From NCBI GenBank assembly GCA_964450885.1, contig CAYVFE010000001.1, positions 160,489-224,488 of the forward strand: a DNA stretch of 64,000 nt, read 5' to 3'. The notes under the pieces are model-generated. The model saw only the letters and a list, made by a program, of their open reading frames with translations, ran no database searches and was not told the origin of the DNA. This DNA comes from an uncultured Gammaproteobacteria bacterium. Its GTDB lineage: Bacteria; Patescibacteriota; Microgenomatia; Levybacterales; GWA1-39-11. Made by a program: the position numbers and the translations under genes. Below are positions 47,344 through 56,159 of the stretch, piece by piece (position 1 is the first letter of the stretch; each line of letters begins with the position of its first letter).

Positions 47344-49671
47344 ATGATAAAAATACAACAAAAAATAATAACAATATTACTGATCCTCGTTATGGTAGGA
47401 CGGGCGATAGTGCCATCTGTTGTAGTAGCGCAGGAGTCGACTGAGACAGAAACCCAAACAACGACTACTCAGGAAGAGCCTAAAGAGCCAGAGTCTCCTA
47501 AAGAACCCGAAGCACCTAAGACACCTGAGAGCCCAGAGTCTCCAAAAGAACCTGAAGCACCTAAGACACCTGAGAGTCCTAAGTCGCCTGAAAGTCCTAC
47601 ATCTCCAAAGACACCAGAGTCTCCGAAATCTCCAGCATCTCCAAAGGCACCAGAGTCTCCTAAAGAGCCCTCTAAGCCATCAACTGATGCATGGAAACCA
47701 AAACCACGGGGAAATTATGGCGGAAATAATATCAATTCAAATGAAACGCAGGACGCAGTCCCCAGCACAGGAGCAAATTCAAATGGTAATGTAGGGAGTA
47801 CATCTGTGGATACCGGAGATGCAAATAACGCTGCAACCGTTACGACAAATGGTAATTCAAATCTCGCATCAGGAAATGGTCCAACTAACGGAAGTGCAGG
47901 AGTCGTTAACAGCGGCAACGGAGTACACTCGTCAAATAATGGTTCTGCATCTACAACGAATAACAACAATACAAATCAAAACAATAGTGCAAATGTAGGA
48001 AATAATGTAGAGCAATCATCTATAACCGGTGATAATTCGACGTCTTTTAATGTGGGAGATTCATCGATAACTACAGGGGATGCAAACGTAACTGGAACAG
48101 TCATAACTTCTGTTAATACCAATGTCGACGGAGTGGCTGTCGCGGAATTCAATATAGCAGATGACCATGTGGGAGATATAATTCTTGATTTTGGATCAAA
48201 TTGCGTGCAGGGATGCACTCCTGGATCTCTCTCAGCAACAAATAGTGGCAATGGTGTAGGCTCAAATAATAGCTCAGATGCTAGCACAACGAACAATAAC
48301 ACCACAAACCAGACAAACGATGCTATCGTAGGAAATAATCTGGATCTATATGCAGACTCGGGAAACAATACAGCAAGCTTCAATACTGGTGGCGATTCGT
48401 CGATAACTACTGGGGATGCAAACGTTAGCGCAAATGTACTGACTTTTGCCAACAACAACTTTGCCGGAAATATAATATATGGAGTAGTCAATATATTTGG
48501 AGATCTAGTAGGTGACATAATCCTTACCGAGGAAGCGATGAATGCAGCGTGTGGAGGAAATTGTTATGGACAAAATACAAATGCAGCAAATGCAGGAAAT
48601 GGAGCATATTCAGACAATAACGCAAGTAGTACAAACACGAATAACAACAATACATTTCAATCAAACGATGCGACCATAAACAACAACCTAGTTCTTGACG
48701 CGACTACGGGGGACAATGATGCGAATTTCAATACAGGTGGATCGTCAAATGTGACTACTGGAAATTCATCGATCGATGCAAATGTGCTAAATATCGCAAA
48801 CTCAAATATAAACGGTGGTAACTGGTGGCTGGTTGTGGTAAATGAAGCCGGTAATTGGGTAGGAAAGCTATTTGGAGCAGATGAAAATGGAAATATGGCA
48901 GGATCAACTGGAACGGAATTTGTGATAGATCCTGTAACTGGCGCAGTTACAGCAAAAAATAACGCAAACGGAGTGGGCTCCGATAATACGGCAAACACGA
49001 CAAATACGAACAATAACACGACAAACCAGACGAACACTGCAGTAATTGATAACAACATAAATCTAGGTGCAAACACTGGAGGAAATAAGACCAGCTACAA
49101 TACTGGAGGAGATTCTAACATCGTGACGGGAGACGCAGAAGTGGTCGCAAATATCGTAAACTTTGTGAACAATAATGTAAGTGGCGGTGGTAAGCTTCTT
49201 GTAACAGTGGTTAATGTATTCGGCAGCTGGATCGGTGACTTTGTGACACCAGGGCACGAAAAGGCTCCTTCTACAGCTCAGAATGTAGGCGGATCAAATA
49301 ATAACTCTCATAATAGTTCATCAAATTCATCCAATAGCACAAAGTCAGAAAATTCGGACACAAATGTATCGATAATAAATGCTGGGAATGAGAATGTGGC
49401 ATATGTAGGAGGAGAGATGGGAGACGAAGAGGATTTTGAAGGATTTGGTTTTGGTACAGTCCAAGGAGAAAATACATCCGGAGGAAATGAGGCTACTGTT
49501 GTAAAAACCGTTGGGCAAGACGATTCTGCGGCAGTAGCTGAAAAGACACTTCACATTAATCTAGCATGGCTACTTCTCGCCTTCCCTATGTTAGTTATGA
49601 TCTCGTTACTGAAGAAATCATTTGTTCCGGTAAAGACACTTGCACTAAAAGGTATACATCTATTTCTATGA
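47344..49671 (+). CDS. Secreted repeat protein B: (Pxx)n stalk, 4 full repeats, C-terminal TM
   Basis: Signal peptide (VVA|Q), PKE/PES/PKT triplets, four GNG..S.N..Q.N.A...NN...TG.N.A.FNTGG.S.ITTGDA repeats, two CxxxC, C-terminal hydrophobic helix plus KK. Confidence 0.85.
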   Translation: MIKIQQKIITILLILVMVGRAIVPSVVVAQESTETETQTTTTQEEPKEPESPKEPEAPKTPESPESPKEPEAPKTPESPKSPESPTSPKTPESPKSPASPKAPESPKEPSKPSTDAWKPKPRGNYGGNNINSNETQDAVPSTGANSNGNVGSTSVDTGDANNAATVTTNGNSNLASGNGPTNGSAGVVNSGNGVHSSNNGSASTTNNNNTNQNNSANVGNNVEQSSITGDNSTSFNVGDSSITTGDANVTGTVITSVNTNVDGVAVAEFNIADDHVGDIILDFGSNCVQGCTPGSLSATNSGNGVGSNNSSDASTTNNNTTNQTNDAIVGNNLDLYADSGNNTASFNTGGDSSITTGDANVSANVLTFANNNFAGNIIYGVVNIFGDLVGDIILTEEAMNAACGGNCYGQNTNAANAGNGAYSDNNASSTNTNNNNTFQSNDATINNNLVLDATTGDNDANFNTGGSSNVTTGNSSIDANVLNIANSNINGGNWWLVVVNEAGNWVGKLFGADENGNMAGSTGTEFVIDPVTGAVTAKNNANGVGSDNTANTTNTNNNTTNQTNTAVIDNNINLGANTGGNKTSYNTGGDSNIVTGDAEVVANIVNFVNNNVSGGGKLLVTVVNVFGSWIGDFVTPGHEKAPSTAQNVGGSNNNSHNSSSNSSNSTKSENSDTNVSIINAGNENVAYVGGEMGDEEDFEGFGFGTVQGENTSGGNEATVVKTVGQDDSAAVAEKTLHINLAWLLLAFPMLVMISLLKKSFVPVKTLALKGIHLFL
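47488..47577 (+). repeat. Two tandem 45-bp coding repeats (PESPKEPEAPKTPES) within a longer 9-bp-period tract
   Basis: 47488-47532 and 47533-47577 differ at 3 synonymous positions. Confidence 0.9.
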
Positions 49672-50786
49672 TACGAAAGGCAGCATTGTTAATAATCTGC
49701 CTGCCCATCCTGACCCAAACACTTAGCCAACAAGTTCTGGCAGAGCAAATAACTATCGTGGTGGAAGGAAATGGCTCAGGTTCTTCAAATGAAGCAAATG
49801 TAAAAGTAGAAAAAGAAACGACGGTCAGTCAGAATAACGAAGCAAATATTAACAATAATGTAGATGCGAATGCCAATACCGGTGATAATTCTGTAAACGG
49901 CAACAGTGGAGACGCAAACATCCAGACAGGAGATGCAAATGTTACGACAAACATAAATAACGAAAATATCAACACAAATTCTGCAGACATCAATAATTGC
50001 TGCAATGGAGATACTAGCATCAAAGTTTCAGGAAATGGATCAAATTCGACAAATGTTGTGAACAGTAACCAGTATTCAGGAAATACGGTGAATCAGACCA
50101 ACAAAGCGAATATCGGAAACAACGTCAACATAAAGGCAAATACCGGGAACAATACTGCAAATTACAACGGTGGAGATGTATTCATCAAGACGGGGAATAT
50201 AAAATCGACGACAAATATCTCAAACAAGAACATAAATAATAGTTATGCGCTATCTAATACAGGAGTTGGCGGAGCGTCTGTTGTAATAATCGGAAATGGC
50301 TCTAATTCTGTAAACATCGTAAATCAAAACGATATCAATAGCACAGTAACCAATGTGGTAAATATCGCAAATATAAATAACTATGTGAGAGAGGATTTGA
50401 ATACAGGAATCAATAAAGCAAAAGGAAATCTGGGGGATGTGGCCATAATTACGGGAGGTATTGAGAGCGTTATAAATATCAAGAATGAGGATATAAATAC
50501 CAGTACTGCGATAACTACATGTCTTTGTGATACAAAAACTCCTGAGGAGCCTGAGAATCCCGAAGAGCCAGAGAACCCCGGAAATGGAAATCCTCCTGGA
50601 TCAACAGTCCAATCTGCAAATGGAAGTAGCAATGGGGGAAATGGTGGTCCAGCTGGAGCAGTGCTTCCGATAACCGGAGGACTACCTTTCACATATATAT
50701 TTACTCTTGTGCTATTTCTAATGTTTCTGATGGGTCTGTATCTGCGTTTTTATTCTGGAAAATCTCCGCCGGCAGTTGCCAAGTAA
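49668..50786 (+). CDS. Secreted repeat protein C (3 repeats) with LPITG sortase sorting signal
   Basis: ATGA overlap with the upstream gene; signal peptide (VLA|E); NCC and CLC; PEEPENP linker; LPITG, TM helix and basic tail. Confidence 0.85.
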   Translation: MIRKAALLIICLPILTQTLSQQVLAEQITIVVEGNGSGSSNEANVKVEKETTVSQNNEANINNNVDANANTGDNSVNGNSGDANIQTGDANVTTNINNENINTNSADINNCCNGDTSIKVSGNGSNSTNVVNSNQYSGNTVNQTNKANIGNNVNIKANTGNNTANYNGGDVFIKTGNIKSTTNISNKNINNSYALSNTGVGGASVVIIGNGSNSVNIVNQNDINSTVTNVVNIANINNYVREDLNTGINKAKGNLGDVAIITGGIESVINIKNEDINTSTAITTCLCDTKTPEEPENPEEPENPGNGNPPGSTVQSANGSSNGGNGGPAGAVLPITGGLPFTYIFTLVLFLMFLMGLYLRFYSGKSPPAVAK

Positions 50787-50796
50787 CTTAATCCTT

Positions 50797-50817
50797 AAAC
50801 CCCGAAAGGGGTTTTTT
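50797..50817 (+). terminator. Intrinsic terminator of the repeat-protein operon
   Basis: AAACCCC-GAAA-GGGG-TTTTTT. Confidence 0.85.
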
Positions 50818-50869
50818 GATGCCTTAAATTAGATTTGCTTTATATAGCTTCATAAATTAACATACCCAT

Positions 50870-51427
50870 ATGAATACAAGAGTTCAAAAAATGCTGGGAA
50901 ATATACTTATTGTACTTTCGCTATCAGGATTATTATTCATATATTATCCATTACTAAAGGAGCTTTTCTTCCCCCCGATTTATACAGTAGAGGAAAAGGA
51001 GAGTCTCGATTTTTCCGTAGAAATACCTTCGATAGGCGTTTTTTCAAAAGTTATCGGTGATGTTGATCCATTTGACCAGTCAGAATACATAGAAAGCCTG
51101 AAAGATGGTGTAGCTCATGCTCTTGGGTCTAAAAAGCCAGGAGAAAACGGTACAGTGTATCTATTTGCGCATAGCTCTGACGTGCCGTGGAGAATTACCC
51201 GTTATAACACAGCATTTTTCAAACTCGGAAATACGAATTCAGGAGACAGGGTTGTCGTCAGAAATGATGGAAAAAAATTCGTCTATGAAATCTTTGATAA
51301 AAAGGAAGTCTGGCCGGACGAGATAGAATATTTGACGCAGGATCAGGGGGACATATTGATCCTCCAGACGTGTACACCTGTAGGAACCGCTCTTCGCCGC
51401 CTTCTGGTATTTGCAAAACCTATATAA
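50870..51427 (+). CDS. Sortase
   Basis: N-terminal TM, IPSIG, L..GVAH, PGE.G..YLFAHS (His), LQTC (Cys), RRLLV (Arg). Confidence 0.93.
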   Translation: MNTRVQKMLGNILIVLSLSGLLFIYYPLLKELFFPPIYTVEEKESLDFSVEIPSIGVFSKVIGDVDPFDQSEYIESLKDGVAHALGSKKPGENGTVYLFAHSSDVPWRITRYNTAFFKLGNTNSGDRVVVRNDGKKFVYEIFDKKEVWPDEIEYLTQDQGDILILQTCTPVGTALRRLLVFAKPI

Positions 51428-51464
51428 AAAACAAACCCTTTCTTTGTACTTCAGAAAGGGTTTG
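51426..51464 (-). terminator. Intrinsic terminator between convergent sortase and repeat protein D
   Basis: CAAACCCTTTCT / AGAAAGGGTTTG 12-bp stem; the A6 at 51426-51431 forms the minus-strand U-tract. Confidence 0.82.
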
Positions 51465-51486
51465 AAATAACTATTAAGCGTCCTTA

Positions 51487-52086
51487 TTAGTTATTTGTAT
51501 TAGATGATCCTTCTACAGTTACACCTACTGTTGAGTTGGTTCCACCGCTTGTGATTGAAGATCCACCGCCTACGTTAAAGCTTGAGCTATTGCCGCCGGT
51601 ATTGGATCCGACAACTATATTAGTATTTGCAATAGTAGTATTGCTTTGGTAGGTTGACTTGCTGTTTTTGTTTACTAAAACTACGGAATTTTTGCTGAAC
51701 GCTCCATTTCCAGAAATAGTCGTAGTATTTGATCCCTCTTCGCATCCGCAGTCGTCAGTATTTGTGTTGGTATTACCTGTCACAGTTACAGTCGCATTGG
51801 TAGTTACTCCTCCTGTAGTGATAGTATTATTACCTCCTACATTGAATGAAGATTTATTCTTTCCAGTGTTGGAAAGTATTCCTACATTCGTATTTGCGAC
51901 AGTAGTGTTGTTCTGGACTACACGGGTCTTTTTCTTGTTAAAGATCCATGCATGATTCCATGAAAAAGCACTATTGTTTTTGATCTCAACGTTATTGCTT
52001 GCCGCAAATGAGCTTGCAGGAGCAAAAACAGCTGCTGCCATACTTCCGATTACAGCTGCAGTAGTTAATTTTTGTTTTATATTCAT
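51487..52086 (-). CDS. Secreted repeat protein D (2 repeats, no anchor)
   Basis: SD AGGAGGTGA (52092-52100, minus strand); signal peptide (SFA|A); two Q.NTT.ANTN....SNTG.N.SSFNVGG...IT.GG repeats joined by DCGCE. Confidence 0.85.
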   Translation of the reverse strand: MNIKQKLTTAAVIGSMAAAVFAPASSFAASNNVEIKNNSAFSWNHAWIFNKKKTRVVQNNTTVANTNVGILSNTGKNKSSFNVGGNNTITTGGVTTNATVTVTGNTNTNTDDCGCEEGSNTTTISGNGAFSKNSVVLVNKNSKSTYQSNTTIANTNIVVGSNTGGNSSSFNVGGGSSITSGGTNSTVGVTVEGSSNTNN

Positions 52087-52138
52087 TTGATTCACCTCCT
52101 TCCTAGAAAAATCCTGCCAACCATATGTGTATTTGTAC

Positions 52139-52166
52139 AAAAAAACAGCCAAAAAAAAGGCTGTTT
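52139..52166 (-). terminator. Leader terminator upstream of repeat protein D
   Basis: On the minus strand AAACAGCC-T8-GGCTGTTTTTTT, with no upstream minus-strand gene to terminate. Confidence 0.7.
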
Positions 52167-52388
52167 ATAATTTTCTGTAGCAAATGACTATCATAGGCAG
52201 GTTCATAAAAGACTTAGATAAAATCTTTTTAGATTAAAAGGTCTTTAAATAAATGGCAAGAAATTAAAGACTGGGGCAAGATTAAATGCCATTATATGCT
52301 AGCTTCTGCCACGTCCGTCAAGAGAGACTAACTGTATGTTTTTATAATAAAAAGGCTCAGTTTTGTTTTCACGGATATCTTGTTATTC

Positions 52389-52417
52389 TTGACTTCTTAG
52401 GCTAATTTTAGTATTAT
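52389..52417 (+). promoter_or_regulatory. nusA operon promoter
   Basis: TTGACT 52389-52394, 17 bp, TATTAT 52412-52417. Confidence 0.72.
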
Positions 52418-52472
52418 AAAGCTAAAGTTTCCGATTATTTAGAAGCTTTACCAATCAAAACTAAATAGATAC

Positions 52473-52501
52473 GGTGGGAAGAAATTTGCCCACCTTTTTT
52501 T
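52473..52501 (+). terminator. rimP/nusA-leader-type attenuator hairpin
   Basis: GGTGGG-N10-CCCACC-T7 just before the nusA ATG; resembles the conserved GUGGG/CCCAC leader of rimP-nusA-infB operons. Confidence 0.78.
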
Positions 52502-52509
52502 ATAAAAAT

Positions 52510-53544
52510 ATGGCTGTAATACAACGAAGTGAATTTGCACTAGCACTAAATCAAATCGCATCAGAGCGAGGAGTTCCTGTGGAGACGATAATGGATAGCA
52601 TAAAATCCGCAATACTGGCTGCCTACAAAAAGGACCATGTTGTTTCCGAAGATGAGGACGAAGATAAAGAGATGGAAGGGGTAAGTGCTTCGCTAAATGA
52701 AAATACTGGAGAAACAAAAATAGTAAAAGACGGAAAAGACATAACACCTCCAGGCTTTGGTAGGATCGCAACCCAGACTGCAAAGCAAGTACTTTTGCAG
52801 ACTATCCGTGAACGTGAGAAAGATGCGATCCTAGCAGAATATAAAAAACGATTGGGAACTGTAGTAAATGGAATGATCCTGAGGTTTTATGGCCCCACGA
52901 TAATCGTTGATATAGGAAAAGCAGAGGCTATTATTCCTCAAGAGGAAAGAATCCCCAATGAGTCATATTTTTTGAATAAAAAAATAGCAGTTTATATCAA
53001 GGAAATTCAGGAAGACAGCACGCGTGGACGAGAAATAGTTGTGTCCAGAACCGATCCGGGACTTTTGGAAGGGCTTTTGAAAAGAGAGGTTCCAGAAGTA
53101 AGCTCTGGTAGCGTTATCATCAAAGAGGTTGTCCGTGAGCCTGGAAGCCGAGCAAAGATCGCAGTTTACTCAGAGCAACCAGGGATTGACCCAGTGGGTA
53201 GTTGCGTAGGTCAAAAAGGGGTAAGGATTCAATCAATAATTGATGCTGTAGATGGACTTGAGAAAATTGATGTTATCCAGTGGAACAGTGATCCCGAGCG
53301 ATTTATCGCAAATTCACTTTCGCCGGCAAAAGAAATAACTGTAAAACTTGATGCAAAAGAAAAAACAGCATACATAAAAGCGCCTCAAGAAGAGCTCCCT
53401 CTTGTCATAGGACGTGATGGACAGAATGTGAGGCTTGCTTCAAAATTGACAGGATATACGCTTGAAGTTGTTGGTGGAGAGAAAGAAAAGAAAGAAGCCG
53501 AAAAAATTGCAACCGATTTTGACGCATCACAAAGTGAAAAATAA
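52510..53544 (+). CDS. nusA: Transcription termination/antitermination factor NusA
   Basis: FGRIATQTAKQV, EVPEV, REPGSRAKIAV, DPVGSCVGQKGVRI, IGRDGQNVRLASKLTG; start placed at ATG 52510. Confidence 0.97.
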   Translation: MAVIQRSEFALALNQIASERGVPVETIMDSIKSAILAAYKKDHVVSEDEDEDKEMEGVSASLNENTGETKIVKDGKDITPPGFGRIATQTAKQVLLQTIREREKDAILAEYKKRLGTVVNGMILRFYGPTIIVDIGKAEAIIPQEERIPNESYFLNKKIAVYIKEIQEDSTRGREIVVSRTDPGLLEGLLKREVPEVSSGSVIIKEVVREPGSRAKIAVYSEQPGIDPVGSCVGQKGVRIQSIIDAVDGLEKIDVIQWNSDPERFIANSLSPAKEITVKLDAKEKTAYIKAPQEELPLVIGRDGQNVRLASKLTGYTLEVVGGEKEKKEAEKIATDFDASQSEK

Positions 53545-53577
53545 AGATATGAATTCGCTTTTGCATCTATTCATAAT

Positions 53578-55056
53578 ATGGGAAAGAAAAAAGAGCAACA
53601 AACAACTCGCACGTCGCATCCTCCAGTAGTATCTGTTTTAGGTCACGTTGATCACGGAAAAACTACGCTACTTGATACCATAAGAAAGACTAATAGGGCA
53701 GACAGGGAGGCTGGTGGAATTACCCAGTCGATAGGTGCTTCGTCGATCAAACTAGATCACGAGGGAAAAAAACGTGAAATAACTTTCATAGATACACCAG
53801 GCCACGAGGCTTTCTCGAATATGCGTTCATATGGGGTAAACGGAGCAGATATAGTCCTTCTAATAATTGCTAGCGATGACGGAATAAAACCTCAGACGAA
53901 AGAATCGATTGATTTGATTTTAAAATCTGGGTTGGATTTTATTGTCGTTTTTACAAAATCAGATGCTCCTGGAGCAAACCTAGAAAAGGTGAAGCAGGAA
54001 GTTTTAAAATCCGGAATCCTTTTGGAGGGACTTGGTGGAAATACGCCATTTATCTCAGTTTCCGCAAAAACAAATACGAATATCAAAGAGCTTTTGGATC
54101 TGATACTTATAGTTTATGACATAAAAGAGAACAAGAAAGACGCAGGCGGGGAATTTCAAGGGGTTGTTATCGAATCTCAGCTTGATAAAAGACGCGGACC
54201 TGTATCGTCAGTAATCGTAAAAAAAGGAACGATAACGAGAGCAAGCAAGCTATATGTAAAAGATAAAGAGGTTGGAAGTGTTAGGGCACTATTTAACACA
54301 GAGTCAAAACCTGCAGCATCAGCTTATCCAGGTGACGCAGTTGAAATACTAGGAATATCTACTGTTCTTCCTGCGGGTAGTGTTTTGTATTCTCAGCCTC
54401 AAATAGAATCGGAAAAAGAACAAGGCCCGACAGCTCTTTCCGATGTTTCTCATCACGATTTGTTAAAAAGAATCCAGATGCAGTCCCAAGATAAGTTGCC
54501 ACTTATCCTAAAGACCAGGACGAGCGGAGAGTACGAGGCGATAGTCGAGTCGATGCCGGATGATGTAGAGATAATTTTTGAGGGTAGGGGAGATATAGTC
54601 GCATCGGACATCATGATGGCCAAGGACTTTTCAGCGATTGTTGTCGGCTTTAATGTCGGAATCGAAAAACAGGCGGAGAGTATCGCTATCTCGCAGGGGA
54701 TCTTTTATAGGAATTATACAATTATCTATAAGATGCTTGAGGAGATAGAGGATGCTGCTCAGATGCTGCTTGAACAGGGAATGAAAAAAATTGCCGGTAA
54801 GGCAAAGATACTGGCTCAATTTGAAGGAACGACAGGAACGATTATCGGAATTAGGGTTGATGAGGGAAGGGTTCAGATAGGAGACCTAATCCAGAGAGAA
54901 GATACGGATGATACTATAGGTAAGATTTCTACGATAAAGCAGGGAAAAGAAGATGTAAAACAAGTCGGCAAAGGTAAAGAATGCGGAATCATGTCAGACA
55001 CGCCGATTGACTTTACTATAGGTGATATGTTAATATTCCTCTCAAATAAAAAATAA
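53578..55056 (+). CDS. infB: Translation initiation factor IF-2 (minimal, no N-terminal domain)
   Basis: PPVVSVLGHVDHGKTTLLD, EAGGITQ.IGA, DTPGHEAF, G.ECGI. Confidence 0.95.
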   Translation: MGKKKEQQTTRTSHPPVVSVLGHVDHGKTTLLDTIRKTNRADREAGGITQSIGASSIKLDHEGKKREITFIDTPGHEAFSNMRSYGVNGADIVLLIIASDDGIKPQTKESIDLILKSGLDFIVVFTKSDAPGANLEKVKQEVLKSGILLEGLGGNTPFISVSAKTNTNIKELLDLILIVYDIKENKKDAGGEFQGVVIESQLDKRRGPVSSVIVKKGTITRASKLYVKDKEVGSVRALFNTESKPAASAYPGDAVEILGISTVLPAGSVLYSQPQIESEKEQGPTALSDVSHHDLLKRIQMQSQDKLPLILKTRTSGEYEAIVESMPDDVEIIFEGRGDIVASDIMMAKDFSAIVVGFNVGIEKQAESIAISQGIFYRNYTIIYKMLEEIEDAAQMLLEQGMKKIAGKAKILAQFEGTTGTIIGIRVDEGRVQIGDLIQREDTDDTIGKISTIKQGKEDVKQVGKGKECGIMSDTPIDFTIGDMLIFLSNKK

Positions 55057-55071
55057 AGTAATTTACTGCTT

Positions 55072-56130
55072 ATGAATCAGTCAAATTTAGTTCAGGAAAT
55101 ACTAAAAATCCGCAATCTTCTGCAAAATAATACTATAGGTATCGTTTTGGGAGATAGATTGAATTTGGATACTGCAGCTGGAGCTTTGGGACTCTACCTT
55201 TCGCTTATTGAGGCTGGAAAAAAGCCACAGATAATTTCAAAAAAAGAACCGACAGTCGAGATAGCAAATCTTGTAGGAATTAACAAGATAAAGAAAAACT
55301 TCTCAGGAGATTCAAACAGAGTGGTCGTGTCTCTTCCTTACAATAGAGGAGAGGTTGGGAAAGTTTCGTATAAAGAAGAAAACGATAGAATAAATTTCTA
55401 TTTGACCGCAGTAGACGGAAAATCTATTAGTCAGTACGACACAAATGAGATAAATCTTATCTGGGATGGTGCCATGCCGAGTGTGATATTTGCTTTTGGC
55501 ATATCAAATCCTAGTCAGTTGACTGAATATGTCGATTCAAAAGGATCATCGCTTAAGGTTATTAATATCGATAATTCCGGAGAATCTTTCGGAGACGTTT
55601 CTTTGGTGGACAGCTCCTTTTCTTCCGTATCTGAAATTGTTGCGAAGGTAATCAAAGAACTGCGCCTTCCTATGAATATAGATATCTCTCAGAACTTACT
55701 TGATGGAATACTTTATTCAACAAGAAATTTTACAAAGCCCAATAGCAGTGCATATGCATTCGAAGCAACAGGTGCCATGATGCAGCTTGGAGCTATCAGA
55801 TCCGACAATAGAAATACTGGACGTCAAGGAGGATCACAAAATAGACAAAGTCAGCAGTTCAATCAGAATAGGAATCAGTCAAATCAAAATAGATCCAATA
55901 ATCAGCCTTTTCAAAATATGAATAATTCAAACCAATCAAATCCGCAAAATAGAAATGTAAGACAAGACACATTGAGAAATGATGTCACATCTCAGAATGA
56001 TACTTTCGAATCGAATTCGATCGTAACACCTGTTGATTCAAATCAACCTCAAGATGACCAGGATATCCCATCAGATTGGCTTATGCCAAAGGTCTTCAAA
56101 GGAAGCCAAAATATCGATGATTTGAAATGA
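55072..56130 (+). CDS. Degenerate DHH/NrnA-like protein with N/Q-rich tail
   Basis: DHH-like scaffold (D...AL.L, INID, SS.SEIV, L..GI...T.NF) lacking the DxD and DHH residues; position after infB. Confidence 0.65.
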   Translation: MNQSNLVQEILKIRNLLQNNTIGIVLGDRLNLDTAAGALGLYLSLIEAGKKPQIISKKEPTVEIANLVGINKIKKNFSGDSNRVVVSLPYNRGEVGKVSYKEENDRINFYLTAVDGKSISQYDTNEINLIWDGAMPSVIFAFGISNPSQLTEYVDSKGSSLKVINIDNSGESFGDVSLVDSSFSSVSEIVAKVIKELRLPMNIDISQNLLDGILYSTRNFTKPNSSAYAFEATGAMMQLGAIRSDNRNTGRQGGSQNRQSQQFNQNRNQSNQNRSNNQPFQNMNNSNQSNPQNRNVRQDTLRNDVTSQNDTFESNSIVTPVDSNQPQDDQDIPSDWLMPKVFKGSQNIDDLK

Positions 56131-56159
56131 GCCTCACGCTCTGGTAGAATATACATCTT

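Noticed and set aside
47479-47682. Short periodic repeats that could be mistaken for a CRISPR array
   Set aside because: In-frame coding repeats with synonymous variation, no unique spacers, and no cas genes.
49566-49667. Longer N-termini given by the ORF track (49566, 45950, 44665, 52152, 52474, 19510, 8208, 37182)
   Set aside because: Downstream ATGs fit better with SD or -10 position, gene overlaps and signal peptides; several extensions run through promoters or terminators.
45962-52086. Classifying the repeat proteins as curlin, ice-nucleation, RTX or classical sortase pilins
   Set aside because: The repeat is ~75-90 aa rather than ~22 aa (curlin), lacks AGYGST and GGxGxD motifs, and shows no YPKN pilin motif.
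52167-52470. tRNA or other stable RNA gene in the largest intergenic region
   Set aside because: No cloverleaf or T-loop GTTCRA with matching stems; divergent promoters and leaders explain the region.
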